64,000 bases of DNA from a virus: the IMG/VR virus record IMGVR_UViG_3300030422_000020, one strand, 5' to 3'. Position 1 is the first letter of the stretch; each line of letters begins with the position of its first letter. Of the stretch, positions 38,078 through 46,559 are shown piece by piece. The notes under the pieces are model-generated. The model ran no database searches and was not told where the DNA came from. It saw nothing but the letters and a program-made list of their open reading frames with translations. Position numbers and translations under genes: made by a program.

Positions 38078-39520
38078 TTAGTGTGCGGCCTTATCTGCTT
38101 CATGTAGAATCATAACACATTGCATGAAATAATCGCCCCACAATTTTAGATATTTATTATACATTTTTTCGTTGTTGTCTCTCTCCCATACGTATGGCTT
38201 CATATGATTTGAGATAAGGGCTGAAACAAATAATGCGTTAATACCAACAGGATAATCAAAGAATAAACTGTCATACGCTCCAACATGTTCGTGCGAATAA
38301 TATCTACAACGATCAATTGGTAATATTGGCGATATTTTTTTCTTAAAAACTTTATTCTCTGTAATATACGCCTTATTGTTTATTATTCTTGATACCGTTG
38401 CCGCATCTACACCAAACATATCTCCAATCTTTTTATTGGTATAACATGCATGTTCTTTAACAAATTTAATTGACTCAACTTCACCAAATGAAAGTTTACT
38501 TTGCCATTTATCAAAACCAGAAACGTTTCTATTTGGATTTGTTTGAAATGCATGATTTTGATTTTGGCTTCTTGTACACCACTCTAAGTTTTTATAAAAA
38601 TTATTTGATTTATTTGAATCAATATGATTAACATCAAGTTTCTTATATTTTTTTAAACACTCTGGTATGTCCAAAAAATGTTCTGCTACAAGTCTGTGTA
38701 TATAACAGCGCTTCTTTCTTGTTTCGCTCCCCAATGTAACGCTTAGATACCCATGTCCATTATCTCTGCCCTTTAATACCTTATTTGTTTTAATATTTTT
38801 TACATTGCCATAATTTGATATAGCATATAAATCCTCAAAATCATGTATTGGAACATAAATCTCTACGTCTTTTTCCATCCTTGTATATGGCTTTCCAACA
38901 TCGTGCAATAGTCCAGCATAATAAAGGGTATCGTTATCTTTAAGTTTGTTAGCAACAGAAACACAATGCTCACCAAGAGTTAATGTATGATGTGGATTAT
39001 CTTGGTCGTAATCCATATAACTATTAATCCACTCGTCAATATCTTTTCTTTTATCGTTCCAGTGATGAATCTCAATGTCATCCCAACCTTCAAACCAATA
39101 AGGAGTTTCCCATTGTTTATACATGCGCTCAATGACATAATCTGGTACGTACCTGTCTCTATTCGCATTATTCCTTAGACATTGCTCATATGGAGTAGCG
39201 GCAATGATACATTCTTTACGACAAGGGATGCGGTTTAGCTCTTGTAGGAAAGCAACGCGCCTTTTAGAGCTTAAATTGCAAGCATCATAGATAACATTAT
39301 TACCTTCTTTTAATGCCGTCTTGATACGCTTATGCAATTCCACAAACAGCTCATGGTTATGAGTTTGGTCGTTGATATCTAGATAAAGTTCTTCTCTTAA
39401 TGCATCTGAGCTGAATACAATATAATTATTTTCCATTGCTAGATTATAAGCAATGGTGGATTTACCACTTGCGGGTAAACCCACCATACACACTAGCACT
39501 GGCTTTGTGCTAGTGTCCAT
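38078..39520 (-). CDS. polynucleotide kinase (P-loop) + HD phosphohydrolase with an in-frame HNH endonuclease and HTH module
   Basis: Walker A GLPASGKSTIA. HD motifs NPHHTLTLGEH and LLHDVGKP, with later YSHEHVGAY and ILHEADK. Between them sit a NUMOD4-like block (ISNYGNVKNIKTNKVL), an HNH block (IHRLVAEHF...VNHIDSNKSNNFYKNLEWCTRSQNQNHA) and an HTH (KKIGDMFGVDAATVSRIINNKAY). Confidence 0.65.
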   Translation of the reverse strand: MDTSTKPVLVCMVGLPASGKSTIAYNLAMENNYIVFSSDALREELYLDINDQTHNHELFVELHKRIKTALKEGNNVIYDACNLSSKRRVAFLQELNRIPCRKECIIAATPYEQCLRNNANRDRYVPDYVIERMYKQWETPYWFEGWDDIEIHHWNDKRKDIDEWINSYMDYDQDNPHHTLTLGEHCVSVANKLKDNDTLYYAGLLHDVGKPYTRMEKDVEIYVPIHDFEDLYAISNYGNVKNIKTNKVLKGRDNGHGYLSVTLGSETRKKRCYIHRLVAEHFLDIPECLKKYKKLDVNHIDSNKSNNFYKNLEWCTRSQNQNHAFQTNPNRNVSGFDKWQSKLSFGEVESIKFVKEHACYTNKKIGDMFGVDAATVSRIINNKAYITENKVFKKKISPILPIDRCRYYSHEHVGAYDSLFFDYPVGINALFVSALISNHMKPYVWERDNNEKMYNKYLKLWGDYFMQCVMILHEADKAAH

Positions 39521-40729
39521 TTATTCACCAGCTTTAAGCAAGAATTTGCGGGAAACGTTCTTGAAACTGCGCTGTCCATCCTGACTACGATACACAAAGC
39601 CCTCGCGTAGACACTTCTTATTGATTACACTCTTGCCATCAGCAGACTGCTTGAACTCCTCAAAGTCATCAGCATCGGGCAAGATATAGTTATCATCAAT
39701 AATAGGCACGAATGGAATATCGTACTCGGCTAGAATCTTCTTTGCTTCGACAGAACCAAGGCGCTCTCCGTCAAAGATTAAATTGAAGGCGGCAAATCGG
39801 CGCTCATCAAGCTTGTACTTGTTGCCCTGTACGGACTCACCATACGTCTCACCCTGTAGTACAACATGCTTATGGTTGCGCTTCTTTGCAATGTCCTTAA
39901 GAGCATCCTCGACATTGTATTTGAATGCCATTTCCCAGTAAACGTTTCCGATGCCAGACATATCAGAAACAAAGTTCTTCTGATCTGCATCCATCTGGCG
40001 AACATTACGTGAACACACACCGAAATCAGGCTTACGACCAGTCAAATCAAGGAAGAATGTAGTCGAAGTGCCATCAATCTTCTCGGTCACGACATAAGGA
40101 TTCTTATCCTCAAGCATGAACATGACATTCTCAATGCGGTCTTCATCCGTCTTCTTAATCCACACAGGCCAGTTCTTAGGATTATCCTTCTTGCGACCAA
40201 AGAAAACGAACAGCAACTTGCGACCCCATGCACGCTTCATCAGCCACTTCCACCACTTCTTCTTTGCGAGCTTGGTATTACGTGCGCACATATTATTGTA
40301 CTTGGCATTGGGATTAGAATTAGCCTTACGAGCATTATCCTCGGCTACATAATACTTAATACCAAGCAGATTTGTCACGTCCTCGTGGATAGCATACTCC
40401 TTATTATCTGGAAGAATGCTCATCGGAAGAAGCAAACCCTGCGAAACTACATTAAACTTTCCGAGCTTATAGGTCTTTACCTTAAACTTCTTTGGGCGCA
40501 AAAACTCAGACCACTCTGTCTCTGGTAGCAAAGAATCAATCTCAAAGAAGACAGCCATGTCGCCAGCATTAAACTCATGCTTGCGAATAATTACGTTCCA
40601 ACCTCCAACATGAGCAAGCTCAATGTTATCAGCCTTTTCAATTGGCGTGATACTATCAACTGTTACAGTATATGCAAGCATACGCTCGCCGTTTTTGTCT
40701 AGCATATCGAACCTTTCTACTATGCTCAA
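39521..40729 (-). CDS. putative ATP-dependent RNA ligase
   Basis: Nucleotidyltransferase motif I VVTEKIDGTSTTFF (KxDG), a later VVLQGETYGESVQG block, and adjacency to the Pnk/HD gene. Confidence 0.5.
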   Translation of the reverse strand: MSIVERFDMLDKNGERMLAYTVTVDSITPIEKADNIELAHVGGWNVIIRKHEFNAGDMAVFFEIDSLLPETEWSEFLRPKKFKVKTYKLGKFNVVSQGLLLPMSILPDNKEYAIHEDVTNLLGIKYYVAEDNARKANSNPNAKYNNMCARNTKLAKKKWWKWLMKRAWGRKLLFVFFGRKKDNPKNWPVWIKKTDEDRIENVMFMLEDKNPYVVTEKIDGTSTTFFLDLTGRKPDFGVCSRNVRQMDADQKNFVSDMSGIGNVYWEMAFKYNVEDALKDIAKKRNHKHVVLQGETYGESVQGNKYKLDERRFAAFNLIFDGERLGSVEAKKILAEYDIPFVPIIDDNYILPDADDFEEFKQSADGKSVINKKCLREGFVYRSQDGQRSFKNVSRKFLLKAGE

Positions 40730-40787
40730 CCTGTTACCGTTATATTATAGCAACTGTTTTAGTTTCAAACACGTCAAAGCAACGGAT

Positions 40788-41963
40788 TTAGTTGCTATTC
40801 CTTATAATCTTCATAATCTTTACTACTTTTTCAACAACATAATCAATGGCTTCATATGTAATATCAGAAGAAATCGTAAATCGAACAGACATTGCCGCTT
40901 CTTCATCCGTCAATCCAAGAGCCTTGAGTACATATGATGGCTTCTTAGAATGACTATTGCAGGCAGAACCAGCACTGCACTGAATATCATCTAGGTCAAG
41001 CATATATAGAAGTTCTTCCGAGCCAATACCTTCAGGCAACATTACATTAATGTTATTTGGCAGTCTATGAACAGAAGCGCCATTTAGCTTGCAGCCATTT
41101 CTCGTAAGCTCGTTAATAAAATAATCACGCTTTACAGATAACGCCAGCTTGTCTTCCATTTCCTCAGATGCGAGTTCAACGGCTTTCGCAAAGCCGACAA
41201 TACCAGCAACATTTTCAGTGCCGCCGCGTAATCCAGCGTTCTGGCTACCGTAGATAATGGGCTGAATCTCAATGTCTTTTTTCTTGTATAATAACCCAAC
41301 TCCTTTAAACCCTCCTTCCAATTTATGCGCCGATGCACTTAACATATCAATTCCCATAGCCTTAACATCAATGGGAATCTGTCCAAAGGCTTGCGTTGCA
41401 TCCACATGAAGCACGCCACCATACTTATGGATAACATCCGAGATAGCTTTAATGTTTTGAATAGTGCCAACCTCATTATTTGCCAACTGAATTGACACAA
41501 AGATATCATAATAATCAGGCTCTTCGCGGTCTTTAAATACAGACTCAAGCTGCTCCATATTAACAAAGCCATCTTTGTCAACATCAAGATATGTTACGTC
41601 ACAATAATAAGTTGCATTACCAAAACGTTCCATAGCATCAACACATTCCATGATTGACTTATGTTCAATCTTGGTCGTGACAATTGAAGTAGTAGAAATA
41701 TCCATAACGCCAGCAAGCAAATAGCCCTGAATAGCCCAGCAATTTGATTCACTTGACCCTGATGTAAAGAAGATTTCATCTGTATCAGCGTTGATAAAAC
41801 CAGCAATAGACTCACGAGCATTATCAATTGCACGTCTAACTTTAACGCCATTGCTATAGATTGAAGACGGATTATAGAAGTTGTCAGTTAAATACGGCAT
41901 GACAGCTTCAAGAACTTCCTTATTCGGCTTAGCTGTTGCTGCTGAATCAAGATATAATTGCAT
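40788..41963 (-). CDS. cysteine desulfurase (IscS/NifS family, PLP-dependent)
   Basis: Hand alignment to E. coli IscS. Blocks IFFTSGSSESNCWAIQGY (FTSGATESDNLAIKG), SAHKLEGGFKGVGLLY (SGHKIYGPKGIGALY) and CSAGSACNSHSKKPSYVLKALGL ([22 protein letters not shown]) carry the PLP-Lys and catalytic Cys. Confidence 0.85.
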   Translation of the reverse strand: MQLYLDSAATAKPNKEVLEAVMPYLTDNFYNPSSIYSNGVKVRRAIDNARESIAGFINADTDEIFFTSGSSESNCWAIQGYLLAGVMDISTTSIVTTKIEHKSIMECVDAMERFGNATYYCDVTYLDVDKDGFVNMEQLESVFKDREEPDYYDIFVSIQLANNEVGTIQNIKAISDVIHKYGGVLHVDATQAFGQIPIDVKAMGIDMLSASAHKLEGGFKGVGLLYKKKDIEIQPIIYGSQNAGLRGGTENVAGIVGFAKAVELASEEMEDKLALSVKRDYFINELTRNGCKLNGASVHRLPNNINVMLPEGIGSEELLYMLDLDDIQCSAGSACNSHSKKPSYVLKALGLTDEEAAMSVRFTISSDITYEAIDYVVEKVVKIMKIIRNSN

Positions 41964-42065
41964 ACATTAACTCCTTAGCAATATGGAGAATAGCTCCGAC
42001 TAGTATTCTATCAGAATACATATTATCAAAGCCATTCTCCATATAATCTATATGTATTCTATTGT

Positions 42066-42629
42066 TTAGCACCAAACATTATTGAGATAGTCATTGCGAT
42101 AAGGGCTGTGACCACGATGATGGCGCTTGTAGTGTGCCAAGTCATCGAGATAATCATCAATATAATCTAGATAATCATTGTAAGTCTGAATGAGCTTATC
42201 CCAATACTCGTCATCCTCATACTTCTTATCCGTGTGCTTTGGCTTATCGCCCTTCTCTTCCTCAGCGTCATCATCATCGCCGTCAAACAGGTCGCAATTC
42301 TCGCAATCGCCATCACACTCTAGGTCATCTGTGTTATCAGCCTTATCATCATCAAATGAAACACCATCATGATACAGCTTATTCTGTAGCAGATAACCCT
42401 CAAGCTCCCAAAGCTTCTTCTCGATATTCTTCATACAAATATCGACACCCATATCCTCGTCATAGTTGGCAGGGTCAACACAAGAAGAAGACTCAACAAT
42501 TACAAATCCATTGGGCAGCTTACATGCTACAATAGTACACTTGTCAAATGCGGTAGTGACAGCGATATCACAACTCTCCATAAGTTCATCTACAACGGCC
42601 TGAGTTACAGTATTCTTTGTACGTGCCAT
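42066..42629 (-). CDS. highly acidic hypothetical protein (187 aa)
   Basis: Poly-D/E stretches (DGDDDDAEEEKGDK). Confidence 0.4.
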   Translation of the reverse strand: MARTKNTVTQAVVDELMESCDIAVTTAFDKCTIVACKLPNGFVIVESSSCVDPANYDEDMGVDICMKNIEKKLWELEGYLLQNKLYHDGVSFDDDKADNTDDLECDGDCENCDLFDGDDDDAEEEKGDKPKHTDKKYEDDEYWDKLIQTYNDYLDYIDDYLDDLAHYKRHHRGHSPYRNDYLNNVWC

Positions 42630-42659
42630 AATAAATCACCTTTCTATTGGCATATAACC

Positions 42660-43034
42660 TTAATTATAAGACAGAAAATCAATAGCTTTCGTGCCGAGTC
42701 TTTCCACAGTCCTAGTGACATTCTGTCTTGTACAATCCATTGTATCACTAATCTCTTGATGTGTCATCCCATTTAATAGACATGATAGGATATATTTTTC
42801 ATTGTCGCTTAAACTTCTGACAAACTTACTCACCATCATGTTACCGAGAACTCGTTCATCAAAATCATAATCAATTAAAGCGTCTGGCAAATTGTCATCG
42901 AAATCTTCCAACGAACAATCACCAACATGATCGCACTCATAATCCGCATCTGATATCTCAATATCAAGACAACCATAAAAACCATAGTAGCGATCATCGC
43001 TCTCTACTGTCTGTTCCTTAAATGGCATTTCCAT
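42660..43034 (-). CDS. small HTH protein resembling sigma-70 region 4 / LuxR-type
   Basis: C-terminal LSDNEKYILSCLLNGMTHQEISDTMDCTRQNVTRTVERLGTKAIDFL. Confidence 0.45.
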   Translation of the reverse strand: MEMPFKEQTVESDDRYYGFYGCLDIEISDADYECDHVGDCSLEDFDDNLPDALIDYDFDERVLGNMMVSKFVRSLSDNEKYILSCLLNGMTHQEISDTMDCTRQNVTRTVERLGTKAIDFLSYN

Positions 43035-43160
43035 ATATCATATTCCAACTTTCTTTTAATCTATTTACATCACAAAGAATCTTCCATCAGAAAATTCTGT
43101 TTTATTCTTATGATATTATATCAGAAAAGTAACACAAATGGAACTCTCTTCACAAAATAA

Positions 43161-43601
43161 TTACACATCAAGTTGGAGATAGGCATAACCATTACTATCA
43201 GTATAATATATATGCCTAATACCAAGGCTTTTTATCGCGTTCATACAAGCAGGACATGGCTTTGCACACGCCATTTTAGTGTCGTTCATCGGTCTATAGA
43301 TATAGATACTAGCCTTATCCCATCTCACATTTATTCCGACAGTATACGAGATTGAACATATTGCAGAAATCTCCGCGTGTAATTTATCTGGGGAATATAC
43401 ATCTGCATTGTTGTAATCCCTATATCTGTTGAACTCCTTTTGCAAAGGATGGGTTTTATTACTGTTACATCCTCTACCTATGATATGCCCCTTATATGTT
43501 ATGACTGCACCGACATGTTGCGAGCGTCTTTTATACGTGCTTTTCATTGCTTCTTTATGCGCTTCATTGAACATTCGCATATCGAACTTCGAGAACTTCA
43601 C
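43161..43601 (-). CDS. dCMP/cytidine deaminase-like zinc enzyme
   Basis: HAEISAI plus PCPACMNAI (the H-A-E ... P-C-x-x-C zinc-binding signature). Confidence 0.75.
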   Translation of the reverse strand: MKFSKFDMRMFNEAHKEAMKSTYKRRSQHVGAVITYKGHIIGRGCNSNKTHPLQKEFNRYRDYNNADVYSPDKLHAEISAICSISYTVGINVRWDKASIYIYRPMNDTKMACAKPCPACMNAIKSLGIRHIYYTDSNGYAYLQLDV

Positions 43602-43609
43602 TTTAACCC

Positions 43610-44002
43610 TTAATCATATAGCCTATGTTCATTTCTTGCTTTTGCATATTCATCCTGCGGATTATATCCGTCAGAATAATTGTGTGTTAAATGCCATCGC
43701 TTACATATCTTACACTTATATGGCATCAATATGTTTCCAGAACTATTAAATATCTTCCTTGCTGCACACAAAGCATCGTATCTACACGAGTATACCTTCT
43801 TTGATTTACAGGTGTTGATATTCTTTCCGCGCACATGTATAAAGTTTGGACAAAGAAATGACTTATCATACAATTTAGTTGTGTCCTCAATCATATCATG
43901 AGACGTGTTATCATAGCCACAAAGAACAGAACTTCCGTGTTCTTTAATTCTGTTTTGACATACCGTGCATATGAACGTAGGCATATATATTCTCCAATAC
44001 AT
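43610..44002 (-). CDS. Cys-rich hypothetical protein (130 aa)
   Basis: Multiple CxxC pairs (CTVCQ, CKICKRWH). Confidence 0.35.
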   Translation of the reverse strand: MYWRIYMPTFICTVCQNRIKEHGSSVLCGYDNTSHDMIEDTTKLYDKSFLCPNFIHVRGKNINTCKSKKVYSCRYDALCAARKIFNSSGNILMPYKCKICKRWHLTHNYSDGYNPQDEYAKARNEHRLYD

Positions 44003-44190
44003 TTGCTTTACGTATATATTATATCATCTCGACATAAAAAAAGAGGGTGTATCCAAAAGGACACACCCTCTCTACATATATTAAACACAATTGCTTTCGC
44101 GTTAAGATTTCAACGACATGTCGTTTACTCTCACATAGCCGAAACTATCCGTCTTTCATGGTCAACCCTAAAGTTTCCAAGGCATGTACA

Positions 44191-45213
44191 TTACTTGCCA
44201 GTGTTAATCATTGGAGTTGAGCCATTGGGAACCACGACAAGATTGCCTTCCTTGCCAATATCCTTTAGCGCTTCGATATAATGCTGCTGCAACACCTGCT
44301 CATTAAGGCTCTGTGCAAGAACGGCGTTTGCATCTGCTTCACCCTGAGCTTCAATCTTCTTAGTCTCAGCCTGAACCTTGGCAGTCTCCTGCTCATTCTG
44401 CGCCTTCTGCTTTGCCACCTCAGCTGCCTGAGCCTGTGAATAGCTATCGGTAATAGACTCAGGATAGCGTACATCCTGTACGCTTACCTGCTCAACAGTA
44501 AGGCCAATCTTATTCCACTTCTTAGTCAGCGCATCCTGAACAGCCTTGGTAAACTGCGAGCGATCAGTCAGCATGGTAACAGTATCAAACTTACCAGAAA
44601 CCTCACGGGTAACAGCGCGAACATCATTGGAAATATACTTCTCAACAAAGCTTTCCTGCGTGCCATACTCAGAATAAAGGCTAAGCGCTGAATCTGGATT
44701 CAAGCTATAGTTGACCTGAATATCCACGTTGGCACTGGCACCAGACTTATCATTGATTGATACCTGCTTACCCTCATATGAGCCACCATCAACCTTGTAA
44801 TCGGTATCGCCATAGAAATTGATAAGATTGTTGCGTACATCATACGTAATAACATCTTGCCAAGGCATCTTGATATGGAAACCAGCTTCAGAAGTTGAAT
44901 CGGCAAGAGAACCACCGAGATTACGAATTACGCAAACCTCACCAGTGTCCTGTGTATAGATGCAAGAACCACCGATAAATGCAAAGGCAAAGACAATACA
45001 TACTACTGCAACGCCACGAGCGCAAGTGTGCGCAAATTTTACAGTCTTAATATCCGTCTCGTTTTTAATATATGACTTCCCAAGAATATTGGTGTCCTCG
45101 ACAGGTTCGGGAATCTTTGTGCGAATATCAAAGACAATGAATGGAATTGCAATAAGCAATGCAATAATTCCGACAACAAACGTTATCATACCAACCCTTT
45201 CTACGTACAACAT
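44191..45213 (-). CDS. SPFH/band-7 (HflK/C-stomatin-like) membrane protein
   Basis: N-terminal TM (FVVGIIALLIAIPFIVF). The SPFH core is followed by a coiled-coil (AQAAEVAKQKAQNEQETAKVQAETKKIEAQGEADANAVLAQ). Confidence 0.7.
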   Translation of the reverse strand: MLYVERVGMITFVVGIIALLIAIPFIVFDIRTKIPEPVEDTNILGKSYIKNETDIKTVKFAHTCARGVAVVCIVFAFAFIGGSCIYTQDTGEVCVIRNLGGSLADSTSEAGFHIKMPWQDVITYDVRNNLINFYGDTDYKVDGGSYEGKQVSINDKSGASANVDIQVNYSLNPDSALSLYSEYGTQESFVEKYISNDVRAVTREVSGKFDTVTMLTDRSQFTKAVQDALTKKWNKIGLTVEQVSVQDVRYPESITDSYSQAQAAEVAKQKAQNEQETAKVQAETKKIEAQGEADANAVLAQSLNEQVLQQHYIEALKDIGKEGNLVVVPNGSTPMINTGK

Positions 45214-45360
45214 TCAAACAAAAAACAGGATGCGTATTCACGGCACATCCAGAGGATCTGTTTTTACGGTGTTTCAGCTCACCAATTACTCCGTGAAAGC
45301 ACTTGCTTATCTCCTAGCAAGAAGGCTTGCTATCCTCTCGAATAGCGTGCGGCGTTGCCT

Positions 45361-45395
45361 ATTCTACCGCAAAAGATTTTTTTCGGGAAAATCTT
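45361..45395 (-). terminator. hairpin AAGATTTT-tttcggg-AAAATCTT distal to the tRNA array
   Basis: Palindrome downstream (on the minus strand) of the last tRNA. Confidence 0.3.
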
Positions 45396-45427
45396 AAAAA
45401 CCACTGCCAATAGGGGCAGGTATTATA

Positions 45428-45519
45428 TGGCGGGGCAACTGGCATTCGAAGCCAATACTTGATGAACAAGTACGTTCTGATTAGCAGTCAGACCTAACTC
45501 CCCGTTAGTTGTCTGCCCC
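45428..45519 (-). tRNA. tRNA-Ser(GCU), type II with long variable arm
   Basis: Acceptor GGGGCAG/TTGCCCC with an encoded CCA. Anticodon arm TCTGA-CTGCTAA-TCAGA. Variable hairpin ACTTG-TTCAT-CAAGT. T arm TTGGC-TTCGAAT-GCCAG. Confidence 0.6.
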
Positions 45520-45731
45520 GAAGGTGGGGTGCGTTACCAACTACACCACATGTCTTTTGTAAAATAACATAATCATAAGTACATGGCTACTTATTTTCCG
45601 TCTATACTGAGACACGTCTGGATTCGAACCAGAGACAGTTTCGCCATTATCATCCATGAGAATCTGGCTTTATCGTGATTATATCCACGCCCCCATTGTT
45701 ATATAATGTCAACTATGACAAGAAAAAATCA

Positions 45732-45807
45732 TGGAGCCGATGACAGGACTTGAACCTGCAACAGACTGATTACAAATCAGTTACTCTTCCAATTGAGTCA
45801 CATCGGC
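45732..45807 (-). tRNA. tRNA-Thr(UGU)
   Basis: GCCGATG tg ACTC aattggaa GAGT a ACTGA-TTTGTAA-TCAGT ctgtt GCAGG-TTCAAGT-CCTGT CATCGGC t CCA. Confidence 0.8.
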
Positions 45808-45826
45808 AATTGTACAATTGATTGTG

Positions 45827-45900
45827 TGCGCCATGTAGGATTCGAACCTACGGCCTACAGATTAGAAGTCTGTTACTCTATCCAGCTGAGTTAATGGCGC
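45827..45900 (-). tRNA. tRNA-Arg(UCU)
   Basis: GCGCCAT / ATGGCGC acceptor. Anticodon arm ACAGA-CTTCTAA-TCTGT. T arm GTAGG-TTCGAAT-CCTAC. Confidence 0.8.
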
Positions 45901-45951
45901 ACACAATCAATTGTTATATATAAAAGATATTATACCATATCTTGATATATC

Positions 45952-46036
45952 TGGTAGGGAAGAAGGGATTCGAACCCTCACGCTCTATGAGCAAGAGATT
46001 TTAAGTCTCCGATGTCTGCCATTCCATCACTTCCCC
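45952..46036 (-). tRNA. tRNA-Leu(UAA), type II
   Basis: Acceptor GGGGAAG/CTTCCCT + A + CCA. Anticodon arm GGAGA-CTTAAAA-TCTCT. Long variable arm. T arm GAGGG-TTCGAAT-CCCTT. Confidence 0.7.
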
Positions 46037-46042
46037 GAGTTT

Positions 46043-46117
46043 TGGTATCGGCTACGGGAATCGAACCCGTGTTTCCACCTTGAAAGGGTGATGTCCTAAC
46101 CGTTAGACGAAGCCGAC
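46043..46117 (-). tRNA. tRNA-Glu(UUC)
   Basis: Acceptor GTCGGCT/AGCCGAT + A + CCA. Anticodon arm TCACC-CTTTCAA-GGTGG. T arm ACGGG-TTCGATT-CCCGT. Confidence 0.75.
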
Positions 46118-46208
46118 ATTTGGTGCCGCATCTAGGTAACGCTCCTAGCCAGTCATAGACATTGGATTTACAGTCCAACCCTCGTCTTTAAAGGATTACT
46201 GCGGCAAT

Positions 46209-46285
46209 TGGTGGACACAGTAGGATTTGAACCTACGACCTTATGCGTGTAAAGCATCTGCGCTAACCAGCTGCGCCATGCGTCC
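46209..46285 (-). tRNA. tRNA-Val(UAC)
   Basis: Acceptor GGACGCA/TGTGTCC + A + CCA. D arm GCGC-agctggtta-GCGC. Anticodon loop TTTACAC. T arm GTAGG-TTCAAAT-CCTAC. Confidence 0.75.
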
Positions 46286-46286
46286 G

Positions 46287-46362
46287 TGGTGGAGTCGGTG
46301 AGAATCGAACCCACGACCTTGGGATTAAAAGTCCCCTGCTCTTCCGACTGAGCTACGACTCC
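46287..46362 (-). tRNA. tRNA-Lys(UUU)
   Basis: Acceptor GGAGTCG/CGACTCC + A + CCA. D arm GCTC-agtcggaa-GAGC. Anticodon loop CTTTTAA. T arm GTGGG-TTCGATT-CTCAC. Confidence 0.8.
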
Positions 46363-46366
46363 ATTA

Positions 46367-46441
46367 TGGTGGGGGATGAGTGAGTTGAACACTCTTCTAG
46401 AGCTTATAAGGCCCTTGCCCTAACCGTTGTGCGAATCCCCC
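46367..46441 (-). tRNA. tRNA-Ile(UAU) (AUA reader)
   Basis: Acceptor GGGGGAT/ATCCCCC + A + CCA. Anticodon arm AGGGC-CTTATAA-GCTCT. T arm GAGTG-TTCAACT-CACTC. One D-stem mismatch. Confidence 0.6.
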
Positions 46442-46472
46442 ATAGCCATTATAATAGACGGTAACGTTCCAT

Positions 46473-46553
46473 TGGCAGTGGCAAGATTTGAACTTGCATA
46501 CAGGAGCTACCTGTTTTGCCCATTAAAGCATAGCGTATACCGATTTCGCCACA
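46473..46553 (-). pseudogene. tRNA-like element (type II architecture) with a disrupted anticodon arm
   Basis: Good acceptor (GGCGGTG/CACTGCC), T arm GCAAG-TTCAAAT-CTTGC and variable-arm hairpin CAGG-TAGCT-CCTG. No 5-bp anticodon stem can be drawn in ATGCTTTAATGGGCAAAA. Confidence 0.3.
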
Positions 46554-46559
46554 CCGCCA

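Noticed and set aside
38078-38700. The HNH module as a group I intron ORF read through in frame
   Set aside because: I found no P/Q/R/S-like core (GACUA/UAGUC pairing elements) on the coding strand in this interval. An uninterrupted frame through a ~250-nt ribozyme core would also be improbable.
38078-39520. The HNH module inside the Pnk/HD protein as an intein
   Set aside because: No intein blocks were found: no Cys/Ser at a plausible N-junction with the TxxH block B, and no C-terminal His-Asn followed by Cys/Ser/Thr. The flanks are HD-domain motifs, not extein junctions.
45609-45690. T-arm-like motif TCTGG-TTCGAAT-CCAGA followed by a 7-nt acceptor-like strand CGTGTCT, as a tRNA
   Set aside because: No complementary 5' acceptor strand (pattern [AG]G[AG][CT][AG][CT]G) and no anticodon arm within 60 nt upstream. 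A complementary AGACATG exists, but it is on the wrong (3') side. It would need tRNAscan-SE or a permuted-tRNA search to revive.
46121-46205. Possible divergent tRNA-Tyr(GUA): CCA end, acceptor GCCGCAG/ATGCGGC (6 of 7 bp), anticodon arm TTGGA-CTGTAAA-TCCAA
   Set aside because: The T loop is AGCGTTA rather than T-psi-C-like. The D arm needs 4 nt between the acceptor and D stem and lacks the GG motif. It is kept only as a low-probability candidate pending covariance-model scoring.
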